This document shows, piece by piece, positions 35,888 through 48,870 of a stretch of DNA of 64,000 bases. Position 1 is the stretch's first letter; every line of letters begins with the position of its first letter. Origin of the DNA: Octopus sinensis (Eukaryota). The stretch lies in contig NC_043005.1 of the NCBI RefSeq assembly GCF_006345805.1, positions 99,758,001 through 99,822,000 of the forward strand, written 5' to 3'. A program made the translations under genes and the position numbers. Below the pieces are notes generated by a model. It was not told the DNA's origin and did not search any database. It worked only from the letters and a program-made list of their open reading frames with translations.

Positions 35888-37726
35888 GTGAGAGAGAATC
35901 GAGATGTGGTAGGAGAGAAATGTGTTCGCATGGAGGATGGTTCACTTGCGCTAAATGAGGATGCAAAGAGAGAAGCTTGGAGACGCCACTATGAAAGGTT
36001 GCTGAATGAGGAAAATGAATGGGATAAAGAGAGTCTGCCGAATGTTGACCCAACAGAGGGACCAGCTATCCGAGTTGATAGTTCCGTGGTAGCTAAGGCA
36101 ATTAGAAGCATGAAGACAGGGAAAGCCCCAGGCCCATCAGGAATTACTGCAGAAATGCTCAAAATATCTGGTAGTGTCGGCTATAGCATAGTCACCCGTA
36201 TAGTTAACCAGGTGATACACGAAGGAGTCATACCCAATGACTGGTGTAGCAGCATAATAGTCAACTGCTACAAAGGTAAAGGAGATGCCCTAGATACAAA
36301 TAACTACAGGGGCATCAAGCTGTTGGATCAGGTAATGAAGGTTACGGAGAGGGTTATAGCCCAGTTAATTAGAGAGAGAGTTAGCTTAGATGATATGCAG
36401 TTTGGGTTCGTGCCAGGGAAAAGTACTACTGATGCTATATTCCTGGTAAGACAGCTGCAGGAGAAATACCTAGCCAAAGGTAAGCCCTTGTACCTGGCTT
36501 TTATTGACTTAGAGAAAGCCTTTGACAGGGTCCTCCGATCCCTTATCTGGTGGTCAATGAGGAAACTAGGGATAGATGAATGGTTAGTGAGAGCTGTGCG
36601 AGCCATGTACAGAGACGCAGCTAGTAAGGTGAGGGTTGGCAACGAGTACAGTGAAGAATTCCGGGTAGAGGTTGGGGTCCACCAAGGTTCTGTCCTCAGC
36701 CCCCTCCTATTTATCATAGTCCTCCAGGCAATAACGGAAGAATTTAAGACAGGATGCCCCTGGGAGCTCCTATATGCTGATGACCTTGCTCTAATTGCTG
36801 AGTCACTATCAGAACTGGAAGAGAAGTTTCAGGTGTGGAAACAAGGATTAGAATCGAAGGGCCTTAGAATCAACCTAGCCAAAACCAAAGTCCTAATAAG
36901 TAGGAAGGTGGACCAACCACAAACGACTTCAGGTAGATGGCCCTGCTCGATCTGTAAAAAAGGTGTAGGTAGAAACTCTATAAGGTGCACCAAGTGTAAG
37001 CTATGGACACATAAGAGGTGCAGCAATGTCAAAGGAAGGCTAACTAAGAAAATAGTTTTTGTCTGTGGCAGATGCTCAAGAGAAATAAACACTGGAAATG
37101 TGCAGAGACCAACTTCTACCACGTTCCAGGGAGACAAACTAGAAGTAGTTGATAGCTTCCGCTACCTAGGAGACCAAGTCAGTAGCGGGGGTGGGTGTGC
37201 TGAAAGTGTAACTGCTAGAGTAAGAATAGCCTGGGCAAAGTTTAGAGAGCTCTTACCCCTGCTGGTGACAAAAGGCCTCTCGCTAAGAGTAAAAGGCAGA
37301 CTATATGATGCGTGTGTACGTACAGCCATGCTACATGGTAGTGAAACATGGGCCGTGACAGCTGAGGATATGCGTAAGCTTGCAAGAAATGAAGCCAGTA
37401 TGCTCCGATGGATGTGTAATGTCAGTGTTCATAATCGTCAGAGTGTAAGTACTTTGAGAGAAAAGTTGAACCTAAGAAGTGTCAGTTGTGGTGTGCAAGA
37501 GAGACGGCTGCGCTGGTATGGTCATGTGACGAGAATGACTGAAGATAGTTGTGTGCAAAAGTGCTACACCCTAGCAGTTGAGGGAACCTGTGGAAGAGGT
37601 AGACCCAGGAAAACCTGGGACGAGGTGGTGAAGCACGACCTTCGAACTTTAGGTCTCACCAAGGAAATGACTGAAGACCGAGTCCTATGGAAGTGTGCTG
37701 TGCATGAGAGGACCCGGCAGGACTAG
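35888..37726 (+). CDS. RTE ORF2 fragment: reverse transcriptase with PHD-like insertion, uninterrupted to the stop
   Basis: 612 aa: [72 protein letters not shown]. Confidence 0.93.
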   Translation: MRENRDVVGEKCVRMEDGSLALNEDAKREAWRRHYERLLNEENEWDKESLPNVDPTEGPAIRVDSSVVAKAIRSMKTGKAPGPSGITAEMLKISGSVGYSIVTRIVNQVIHEGVIPNDWCSSIIVNCYKGKGDALDTNNYRGIKLLDQVMKVTERVIAQLIRERVSLDDMQFGFVPGKSTTDAIFLVRQLQEKYLAKGKPLYLAFIDLEKAFDRVLRSLIWWSMRKLGIDEWLVRAVRAMYRDAASKVRVGNEYSEEFRVEVGVHQGSVLSPLLFIIVLQAITEEFKTGCPWELLYADDLALIAESLSELEEKFQVWKQGLESKGLRINLAKTKVLISRKVDQPQTTSGRWPCSICKKGVGRNSIRCTKCKLWTHKRCSNVKGRLTKKIVFVCGRCSREINTGNVQRPTSTTFQGDKLEVVDSFRYLGDQVSSGGGCAESVTARVRIAWAKFRELLPLLVTKGLSLRVKGRLYDACVRTAMLHGSETWAVTAEDMRKLARNEASMLRWMCNVSVHNRQSVSTLREKLNLRSVSCGVQERRLRWYGHVTRMTEDSCVQKCYTLAVEGTCGRGRPRKTWDEVVKHDLRTLGLTKEMTEDRVLWKCAVHERTRQD

Positions 37727-40700
37727 TCAGGCCATATCCCGTGGCCCCTACCTGGGACGTAGTCGATCCACCTGTGCATACCTTCCTTCTTGTGACACTT
37801 GTGAAGACCTGCTGAGGCAAGTGAAAATCAATCAAAATAGATGAACATCAATGGAATTTGTATTTTTGTGGTACCAGTGCCTGTGACACACAAGAAAACC
37901 ATCCGAACGTGGCCGTAGCCAGTACCGCATCGACTCGCCTCCGTGCTGTGGGAACATGGTGGCACATAAAAACACCATCCGAAGACCCGGCAAGACTAGT
38001 CAGGTCATAACCCGTGGGCCCTACCTGGGACGTAGTCAGTCCACCTGTACATACCTTCCTTCTTGCGACACTTGTGAAGACCTGTTGAGGCAAGTGAAAA
38101 TCAAAACAAATCAAAATAGATGAACATCAATGGAATTTGTATCTTTGTGGTACCAGTGCCGGTGGCACACAAGAATCCATCCGAACGTGGCCGTAGTCAG
38201 TACCGCTTGTGGTACCAGTGCCGGTGGCACACAAGAATCCATCCGAACGTGGCCGTAGTCAGTACCGCTTGTGGTACCAGTGTCGGTGGCACACAAGAAT
38301 CCATCCGAACGTGGCCGTAGTCAGTACCGCATCACTGGCCATCGTGCTGTGGGCACATAACAAACACCATCTGGTCGTGGCCGTTCGCCAGCCTCATCTA
38401 GCACCTGTGTCGGTGGCACATAAAAAGTAGTCAGTACCGCTTGTGGTACCAGTGCCGGTGGCACACAAGAATCCATCCGAACATGGCCGTAGTCAGTACC
38501 GCATCACTGGCCAACGTGCTGTGGGCACATAACAAACACCATCCGGTCGTGGCCGTTCGCCAGCCTTATCTAGCACCTGTGTCGGTGGCACATAAAAACA
38601 CCATCCGAAGACCCGGCAAGACTAGTCAGGCCATAAACCATGGTCCCTATCTTGGACGTAGTCAGTCCACCTGTGCATACCTTCCTCCTTGTGATACTTG
38701 TGAAGGCCTGTTGAGGCAAGTGAAAATCAAAATCATAATCAAATCAAAACAAATCAAAATAGATGAACATCAATGGAATTTGTATCTTTGTGGTACCAGT
38801 GCCGGTGGCACACAAGAGAAAACCATCTGAAAGTGGCCGTAGCCAGTACCGCATCGACTGGCCTCCGTGCTGTGGGCACATGACAAACACCATCCGATCA
38901 TGGCCGTTCGCCAGCCTCATCTAGCACCTGTGTCGGTGGCACATAAAAACACCATCCGAAGACCCGGCAAGACTAGTCAGGCCATAACCCATGGCCCCTA
39001 CCTGGGACGTAGTCAGTCCACCTGTGCATACCTTCCTTCTTGTGACACTTGTGAAGACCTGTTGAGGCAAGTGAAAATCAAAATCAAAACAAATCAAAAT
39101 AGATGAACATCAATGGAATCTGTATCTTTGTGGTACCAGTGCCGGTGGCACACACTTTGTGGTACCAGTGCCGGTGGCACACAAGAGAACCATCCGAAAG
39201 TGGCCGTAGCCAGTTCCGCATCGACCGGCCTCCGTGCTGTGGGCACGTAACAAACACCATCCGATCATGGCCGTTCGCCAGCCTCATCTGGCACCTGTGT
39301 TGGTGGCACATAAAAACACCTTCCGAAGACCCGGCAAGACTAGTCAGTCCACCTGTGCATACCTTCCTTCTTGTGACACTGTGAAGACCGGTTGAGGCAA
39401 GTGAAAATCAAATCAAATCAAATCAAATCAAATCAAAATAGACAAAATAGATGAACATCAATGGAATTTGTATCTTGTGGTACCAGTGCCGGTGGCACAC
39501 AAGAGAAAACCATCTGAAAGTGGCCGTAGCCAGTACCGCATCGACTGGCCTCCGTGCTGTGGGCACATGACAAACACCATCCGATCATGGCCGTTCGCCA
39601 GCCTCATCTAGCACCTGTGTCGGTGGCACATAAAAACACCATCCGAAGACCCGGCAAGACTAGTCAGGCCATAACCATGGCCCCTACCTGGGACGTAGTC
39701 AGTCCACCTGTGCATACCTTCCTTCTTGTGACACTTGTGAAGACCTGTTGAGGCAAGTGAAAATCAAATCAAAACAAATCAAAATAGATGAACATCAATG
39801 GAATCTGTATCTTTGTGGTACCAGTGCCGGTGGCACACACTTTGTGGTACCAGTGCCGGTGGCACACAAGAGAACCATCCGAAAGTGGCCGTAGCCAGTT
39901 CCGCATCGACCGGCCTCCGTGCTGTGGGCACGTAACAAACACCATCCGATCATGGCCGTTCGCCAGCCTCATCTGGCACCTGTGTTGGTGGCACATAAAA
40001 ACACCTTCCGAAGACCCGGCAAGACTAGTCAGTCCACCTGTGCATACCTTCCTTCTTGTGACACTTGTGAAGACCGGTTGAGGCAAGTGAAAATCAAATC
40101 AAATCAAATCAAATCAAATCAAAATAGACAAAATAGATGAACATCAATGGAATTTGTATCTTGTGGTACCAGTGCCTGTGGCACACAAGAAACCCATCAG
40201 TGCTGTAGTCAGCCGTTCGCCAGCCTCATCTAGCACCTGTGTCGGTGGCACATAAAAACACCATCCGAAGACCCGGCAAGACTAGTCAGGCCATAACCCA
40301 TGGCCCCTACCTGGGACGTAGTCAGTCCACCTGTGCATACCTTCCTTCTTGTGACACTTGTGAAGACCTGTTGAGGCAAGTGAAAATCAAAACAAATCAA
40401 AATAAATGAACATCAATGGAATTTGTATCTTTGTGGTACCAGTGCCGGTGGCACGTGGCACACAAGAAAACCATCCGAACGTGGCCGTAGCCAGTACCGC
40501 ATCGACTGGCCTCCGTGCTGTGGGCACGTAACAAGCACCATCCGATCGTGGCCGTTTGCCAGCCTCATCTGGCACCTGTGTCGGTGGCACATAAAAACAC
40601 CATCCGAGCGTGGCCGTCTGCCAGCCTCGTCTGGCACCTGTGTCGGTGGCACATAAAAACACCATCCGAGCGTGGCCGTTTGCCAGCCTTGTCTGGCACC

Positions 40701-40730
40701 TGTGTCGGTGGCACATAAAATCACCCACTA
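37727..40730 (+). repeat. Hierarchical tandem repeats in the RTE 3'UTR (~8 macro-units of ~270-630 bp, including a ~685-bp near-exact duplication)
   Basis: tgaggcaagtgaaaatca recurs at ~37813, 38085, 38712, 39063, 39393, 39749, 40080 and 40373; ORFs 39103..39384 and 39788..40081 are offset by 685 bp with the same peptide. Confidence 0.9.
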
Positions 40731-40896
40731 CACTCTCGGAGTGGTTGGCGTTAGGAAGGGCATCCAGCTGTAGAAACACTGCCAGATCTGACTGGACTGG
40801 TGCAGCTTTCGGGCTCCCCAGACCCCAGTTGAACCGTCCAACCCATGCTAGCATGGAAAGCGGACGTTAAATGATGATGATGATGATGATGATGAT

Positions 40897-40927
<31 letters not shown>

Positions 40928-41130
40928 CATACATATATATATATATACATACATATATATATATATACACATACATATATATATATATACATACATATAT
41001 ATACATATACATACATATATATACATATATATATATATATACATACATATATATACATATATATATATATATATACATACATATATAAATATATACATAC
41101 ATGTATATATACATACATATATATATATAT

Positions 41131-44100
41131 CATCATCATCATCATCATCATTTAGCGTCCGTTTTCCATGCTAGCATGGGTTGGACGGTTCTGCTGGGGT
41201 CTGTGAAGCCAGAAGGCTTCATCAGGCCCAGTCAAATCTGGCAGTGTTTCTACGGCTGGATGCCCTTCCTAACGCCAACCACTCCGTGAGTGTAGTGGGT
41301 GCTTTTTACGTGCCACCCGCACTGGTGCCAGACAGAGCTGGCAAACGGCCACGAACGGATGGTGCATTTTATGTGCCACCGGCACGAGGGCCAGGCGAGG
41401 CTGGCAACGGACACGAAACGGGGCGGTGCTGGCAACGGTCGCGAAACGGAAAGTTCTCTTACATGCCACCGGCACTGGTAACACATCTGCAATTTCCATT
41501 GATCGATTTCCATTGATCGATTCGATTCTGATCCTCACTTGCCTCAATGGGTCTTCACAAGCAGAGTTTCGACATGCCACCGGCACTGGTAGCACATCCG
41601 CAATTTCCATTGATCGATTTCGATTCTGATCCTCACTTGCCTCAACACGTCTTCACAAGTAGAGTTCTGTGTCCCAAGAAGGGAAGGTATGCATACGTAG
41701 GCTGGCTCCATCCCATGTAGAAGGCCACGGGTTGTGGACTCACTTGTCCTGCCGGGTCTTCTCGCGCACAGCACACTTCCAGAGGTCTCGGTCTCTAGTC
41801 ATTTCCTCAGTGAGACCTAAAGTTCGAAGGTCGTGCTTCACCACCTCGTCCCAGGTTTTCCTGGGTCTGCCTCTTCCACAGGTTCCCTCAACTGCTAGGG
41901 TGTGGCACTTTTTCACACAACTATCTTCATCCATTCTCACCACATGACCATACCAGCGCAAACGTCTCTCTTGCACACCACAACTGATGCTTCTTAGGTC
42001 CAGCTTTTCTCTCAAGGTACTTACACTCTGCCGAGTGTGAGTACCGGCATTACACATCCATCGGAGCATACTGGCTTCATTTCTAGCGAGCTTACGCATA
42101 TCCTCAGCAGTCACGGCCCATGTTTCACTGCCATGTAGCATGGCTGTTCGTACACACGCATCATACAGTCTGCCTTTTACTCTGTGCGAGAGGCCTTTTG
42201 TCACCAGCAGAGGTAAGAGCTCTCTGAACTTTGCCCAAGCTATTCTTACTCTAGCAGTTACACTTTCAGCACACCCGCCCCCGCTGCTGACTTGGTCACC
42301 TAGGTAACGGAAACTATCAACTATTTCTAGTTTTTCTCCCTGGAAAGTGACGGAAGTTGGTCTCAGAGCATTTTCAGTGTTTATTGTTCCTGAGCATCTG
42401 CCACATACAAAACCATCTTCCTAGTTAGCCTTCCTTTGACATTGCTGCATCTCTTATGTGTCCATAGCTTACACTTGGTGCATCTTATAGAGTTTCTACC
42501 TACACCTTTTCTACAGATCGAGCAGGGCCATCTACCTGAAGGTGTTTGTGATTTGTCTACCTTCCTACTGATTACGACTTTGGTTTTAGCTAGATTGACT
42601 TTGAGGCCCTTCGATTCTAATCCTTGTTTCCACACCTGAAACTTCTCCTCCAGTTCTGATAGCGACTCAGCAATTAGAGCAAGGTCATCAGCATAGAGGA
42701 GCTCCCAGGGCATCCTGTCTTGAATTCCTCCGTTATTGCCTGGAGGACTATGATAAATAGGAGGGGGCTGAGTACTGAGCCTTGGTGGACCCCTACCTCT
42801 ACCCGGAATTCTTCACTGTACTCATTTCCAACCCTCACCCTACTAGCGGCGTCCCTATACATGGCCCGCACAGCTCTCACTAACCATTCATCTATCCCTA
42901 GTTTTCTCATTGCCCACCAGATAAGGGATCGGGGGACCCTGTCGAAGGCTTTCTCCATGTCAACAAAGGCCAGGTACAGGGGCTTATCTTTGGCTAGGTA
43001 TTTCTCCTGCAGCTGCCTTACCAGGAATATAGCATCAGTGGTACTTTTCCCTGGCACAAACCCAAACTGCATCTCATCTAAACTAACTCTCTCTCTAATT
43101 AGTTGGGCTATGACCCTCTCCGTAACCTTCATCACCTGGTCCAACAGCTTGATACCTCTGTAGTTACTTTTATCTAGGGCATCACCTTTACCTTTGTAGC
43201 AGTTGACTATTATACTGCTACACCAGTCATTGGGTATGACCCCTTTGTGTATCACCTGATTAACTATATGGGTGACTAGGCTATAGCCGACACTACCAGA
43301 CATTTTGAGCATCTCTGCAGTGATTCCTGATGGGCCTGGGGCTTTCCCTGTCTTCATGCTTCTAATTGCCTTAGCTACCACAGAACTATCAACTCGGATA
43401 GCTGGTCCCTCTGTTGGGTCAACATTCGGCAGACTCTCTTTATCCCATTCATTTTCTTCATTCAGCAACCTTTCATAGTGGCATCTCCAAACCTCTCTCT
43501 TTGCATTCTCATTTAGCGCAAGTGAACCATCTTCCATGCGAACACACTTCTCTCCTACCACATCACGATTCTCTCTCACACACTGTCTTGCAACACGAAA
43601 CACCTCCAGTCTTTGGTCCTCACGGCGCAGAACATTGGCAAATTTTTTCTTATCTGCTTCCCCTCTGGCTAAATAAACCTGTCTCCTAGCTTCTCTTTTG
43701 GCAGTCTGATACAATTTCCTGCTACCCCCATTTTTCCAGACCTTCCAAGCCTGTCTCTTTTCTCTAATAGCCCTGTCTACAATATTGTTCCACCACCACG
43801 TTATTCTAGGTCGAGAGGGGACTTTGCACCAGCCACAGATCTGGTCAGTGGCTCTCAGCAGGTTGTCCCTTAGAAACGTCCAGCTGTCTTCTACCCCCTG
43901 TGATGCTCTATCCCCTTCTACTTCGTCAGAGGCTTCAAGTAATATGTCCCTAAATCTCTGTCCATTTGCAGGATCTTTAAGCTTCCAGATCCTTTTTCTC
44001 CATATTGGTCGTCTTCTGGTTGTCCTCCTAGTCCTGATCCTAAAGTCACTAACTACCAGTCTATGTTGTGGGGTACATTCTTCACCTGGGAAGGTTTTGG

Positions 44101-45570
44101 CATTTATAAGCAGCCATCTCTCCCTTTGCCTTGTAAGGATGTAGTCAATTTGGCTGGTATGTTGGCCCGATTGGTAAGTGACTAGGTGGCTGGTAGGTTT
44201 CCTGAAGTTAGTGTTGCAAATCATAAGATTATTTGCATCGCAGAACTCCAGCAGCCTGGTTCCCTCCTTGTTGCGGGAGCCATAGCCATAGCCTCCATGT
44301 ACGCCATGGAAGCCCCCAGCATGTCGTCCAACGTGACCATTGAAGTCACCAGCCACAAAGATAAGGTCTCTGTCGTTCGTCAATGAGGTAGTCTGCAGTA
44401 GAGTGTCATAGAATCGGTCTTTCTGTCCATCGGGTAGCTCCGACTGAGGAGCATAGGCTGATATAATGGTTGCTAAACTATGATGAAGCACGAATCTAAT
44501 CTTAAGTATTCTGTCACTTACTCTGATTACCTCAATTACTTTATCTACCCATTTCTCAGCGATAAGTATACCCACGCCACCAACCCCGTCAGTGTTCCCT
44601 GCCCAGAAAATCTTGTACCTGCGTTCCTTGCCTGTGAGGAACCTAGCTGATCCTCCTCTCCACCTTATTTCTTGCATGCAACATATATCCACACATCTCC
44701 GTTCAAGCATCTCGACTATCTCACCAGACCTACCTTTCAGAGTGCCAACGTTGAGGGTGCCAACCCTGAGGGTGTGGAAGGCATGGGCTCTAGAGACCCT
44801 GGGACGGTGGACAGTAGCTTCGTGTACCTGAAAAGAAAGCTCGCATTTGGCAGAATTCATGTGCAAGAAATGAAGTAGTAAAGTAGCCTTCAGTACAACC
44901 TGCATAACGCTAGCCTTTCATATTTTGCACTGTATGAACATTACCTTACATAGGTCGAGACTAGGGGTAGGGAGGGGTAGGGATGGTGAGAGCATTTGCA
45001 GTCTTCATGGGAAGCAACCCCGGAATGGAAGAGAATAGGAACTTCCGGCATGCGTGGTGGGGGTGGGAGGGCGGGTGCACCGTAGCTGAGTAAAGAGGTT
45101 CTGTTAATCGTAAGCTAGCAAATGGGTTTGTATGAATCGGGAGACAATACTAAACGAAAAATTGAAAAATTGAAAAATCAGAGTGGCTATGAACCTGGAG
45201 ACAAGTCTAAACGAAAAAAAAATGTTTGAGCTAGACAGGGTAATGAGGGAATACTGAAAGAATGAGTGACAATACAATGAGATGGAAATTGAAGAATAGA
45301 GAAAGAATAAGGATAAGTGCAAGAAAGAAGGTAGTCGTAGCGAGGTTGGACGATTCACTTAACTTTTAGCCATTCATGATCTGTGCGTATTCTTTAGATA
45401 TTTTGAAGCGAGTGGGGTTAACGATAAATGCGATCGCTCTTTTATGTATGGCGATGATGGTCTTGGGGAGGGGGGGGCATAGAGGACCATGGCGATGATG
45501 GTTATGGGAAGGGGGGACATAGCGAGAGAGAGATAGGGTTAGTTAGAGAGAGAGGTCAAGGGACACGTGA
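41131..45570 (-). mobile_element. Near full-length RTE LINE (~4.4 kb): 5'UTR, APE-RT ORF, 3'UTR, (GAT)n tail
   Basis: (CAT)n at 41131-41151; ORF pieces 42674..44905, 42381..42713 and 41740..42204; non-repetitive 5' flank to ~45570, then (TA)n. Confidence 0.93.
41740..44905 (-). CDS. RTE ORF2 (AP endonuclease + RT + PHD-like finger), split by two 1-bp deletions
   Basis: APE motifs GTLNVGTL, MQEIRW, ISAYAP, AGDFNGHVG, SQIDYIL, QHRLVV, then RT motifs; adding 1 base at ~42710 (G run) and ~42410 (T run) restores one frame of ~1055 aa matching 35888..37726. Confidence 0.85.
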
Positions 45571-45711
45571 CAATATATATATATATACATACATATATAT
45601 ATATATACATACATACATATATATATATTATATATATATATACATACATACCTATATATATGTATATATATATACATACATACCTATATATATGTATATA
45701 TATATACATAC

Positions 45712-45744
<33 letters not shown>

Positions 45745-45943
45745 ATATACATATATATATATATACATATATATATACATACATATATATATATATATAC
45801 ATACATACATATATAATATATACATATATATTTATATATACATATATATACATATATATATACATATATATACATATATATATACATATATATATACATA
45901 TATATACATATATATATATAATATACATATATACATACATACA

Positions 45944-46030
<87 letters not shown>

Positions 46031-46130
46031 CATACATACATACCATATATATATATATATATATATATACCTATACGTATGTATGCATGTATATATGTAA
46101 ATACATATACATATTGATAGACATACATTC
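45571..46130. repeat. (TA)n/(CATA)n microsatellite
   Basis: Directly visible. Confidence 0.95.
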
Positions 46131-46643
46131 ATATGAATCTATAAGCATCAATGTCTGTCTGACTGTCTGAAATCAGAAGTGCTATTTCTCAATGAATCTT
46201 ACCCAAATTTCATAAATATCCAGATGCAACACAAAATAATTGATGTCTCCAAAAATTCTAGGTCGAATGACCTCTTGGAGCAAAATGGAGATGAGTATAA
46301 AAAAGGGATGTAAAAGGACCGAAAGCTGCAATGGAGTAGTAGTTGAGGTGTGATAGTGTGAGGAGCAGGAACATTGTTAATTTGTCACTTTAAACTTTGT
46401 TTTTCTTTTCCCTTTAGACTTTTCACATCTCTCTCTCTCTCTCTCTCTCTCTCTGTCACACACAGTTTTTACACATCTCTCACTCCCTCTCTCTCTTATA
46501 TATATATATATTGCATCATCATCATCATCATCATTTAACGTCTGTTGTCTGCGCTGGCATGAGTTGGACAGTTTGACCAGGGCTGGCAAGCTGGAAGGTT
46601 GCACCAGACTCCAGTGTGAATTGGCATGGTTTCATATATATAT

Positions 46644-47652
46644 GTGCGTGAGGAATATTAATGCAGTAAATGGAGATCGGACAATGAGCTTAAGCCAGTG
46701 TGAACGGTGATTCCAGAAATTCTGAGCCAGAAACTACAGCCTAGAAGATGAGCCTCATCCTGGAAGATCTGTAGAGCTAGACAAAGGCATCCTGCAAACC
46801 CTAGTGGAACAAAATCCCATCATAACTGTTGAGGAATAGCAGTGAAGCTTGGATTTGGTCATCCAACCATTCATCAACACTTGTGTGCCATTGGAAAAGT
46901 TAGCAAATTGGGTCAATGAGTTTGTCACAAACTTTCCAAGTCTAATCATGCACAGAGAGTGAATGTGTGCTCTTCTTTGTTGTTATGTCTCACGAATGAA
47001 CCTTTTTTGGACTGAATAGTGACTGGTGATGAGAAATGGGTTCTCTATAAAAATGTCAAGTGCCAAAGAGAGTGGGTAGGGAAAGGAGAATTACCGGTAC
47101 CTAAGGCTAAAGAAGGTCTTCACCCACATAAGGTGTTGTTATCTGTTTGGTAGGATATAAACTTCGGACTTTTAAATCCAAACCAAAGTAGATCTACTGT
47201 GAGGAGCTTGAATGGCTTCAGTCAGCACTAGAAGTAAAATGACCATCTTTGGTTTCAAGACGAAAGGTGTTCTTCCATCAGTGCTTGGCCACATACAACG
47301 CAGATGATATTCTAAATGCTAGAGCAGTTAGAATGGGAAACGATGCCCCATCCACCATATTCACCAGACATTGCCCCATCTGATTATCATTTATTCTACA
47401 GTCTTCAAAATCATTTGAATAGAAAAAATATGAATTCTGTAGATGACGTCAGAACAGTACTGGAGGAGTACGTTTCATCACGGACAAGTGAATTTTGGAA
47501 GAGGGGTCGTGCAAGTCTGTCAGACAGATGGAAAAGCATTGTAGAAAATGAAGGAGAGTATATTTTAGATAAAAAAAAGAACTTTGTTTATCTTAATTTT
47601 GAAAAAGAAAAGAAGTATAAGAAAACACCATTATGTACGGGATGACCCAATA
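46644..47652 (+). pseudogene. 5'-truncated mariner transposase pseudogene with right terminal repeat
   Basis: FLD*IVTGDEKWVLY, HPHKVLLSVW, HPPYSPDIAPSDYHLF (mariner signature), FWKRGRASLSDRWKSIVENEGEYI; ends cgggatgacccaa-TA. Confidence 0.9.
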
Positions 47653-48554
47653 TGTGTGCGTGTGTGTGTGTATGTAGATATATATATACATATGTATGGA
47701 TCTATATATAGACACACACATATATATATATATGTATGTATATTATATTATGTATATATATATACACATATGTTATATATATATACATATATATACACAT
47801 ATATATATGTTATATATATATATATATATATATACATATATTTATATATATATAGGGAGAGAGAGAGGTGGGGGGAAGACCTGTATCTCCTTTATAGCAG
47901 GATACCTGTTCTTGTACCTGTGTCATACTTTCACCTCCTTTAAATGTGAAATTCCCCATGCAGTTGATGAATCTTGTCTTGCAAGTTATTTGGTCACCTG
48001 ACTACCAGATCAGAAAATAGTACCCAGTACACTCTGTTAAGTGGTTGGCATTAGCAAGGGTATCCATGAGTAGAATCCAAGCCAAAATAGACACTCTTGC
48101 TTGGCACAGTCTGTTGGTTCATCCAGTTCCTATTAAATTATCCAATGCATACCAGCACGGAAAACGAACGTTAAACAATGTTATTGTTGACATGTTTTGT
48201 AAATGCAATGAATAACAACAGCAAAAATGAAAAAGACATCATTGAAGGGATAAGTTTAAAGGAATATTGTATATAATGTTTAAATGTGAAGGGAAATGTA
48301 TGTATATTTGGAAAGCTGTCATTATTAAAATTCCACATTTAAAAGTTAGGAGTAACAGTCTATGATAGATCTTGTGTACTATTTATTTGCTCTTTTTGTT
48401 TATGCTGGTTAAAAGTGGTACCTATTATTGTTCAAGGTACTTTGCTTTCGTTACTGTGTCTTCTAAATGTTACTATGTCTTCTAAACATCTTTTTTTAAT
48501 GTTGTCGCAGTGTATGTAACTGCTAGTATTTTAAATATGTATACGTTTTTGTGT

Positions 48555-48870
48555 ATGGAGGCACGATGGCCCAGTGGTTAGGGCAGCGGACTCGTGGTCG
48601 GAGGATCGCGGCTTTGATTCCCAGACCGGGTGTTATGTATGTTTATTGAGCGAAAACACCTAAAAGCTCCACGAGGCTCCAGTAGGGGGTGGTTGTGACC
48701 TCTGTTGTACTCTTTCGCCACAACTTTCTCTCACTCTCTCTTCCTGTTTCTTGAGTAATGCTGCGATGGACTGGCATCCCGTCCAGCCGGGGGGAACACA
48801 TACTCCACAGAAACTGGGAAATCGGGCCCATGAGCCTGTCTAGGCTTGAAAAGGGCGACGTTTATCATTT
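48555..48870 (+). mobile_element. tRNA-derived SINE family D with V-domain-like core
   Basis: Head ggaggcacgatggcccagtggttagggcagcggactc...gattcccagacc; core gcgatggactggcatcccgtccag recalls V-SINEs; homologous to 13282-13575. Confidence 0.65.

Larger units (their letters stand above)
35836..40895 (+). mobile_element. 5'-truncated young RTE LINE with ~3.1-kb repeat-expanded 3'UTR and (GAT)n tail
   Basis: Starts abruptly after (TA)n; open RT ORF to 37726; tail ggacgttaaatgatgatgat at 40861-40895. Confidence 0.93.

Noticed and set aside
37848-41947. Short Cys/His/Trp-rich ORFs in the RTE 3'UTRs
   Set aside because: Products of the repeat units on both strands; not conserved in frame between copies.
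44906-45570. HDV-like ribozyme expected in an RTE 5'UTR
   Set aside because: I could not build the P1/P2/P3 nested pseudoknot by eye; it needs a descriptor-based search.
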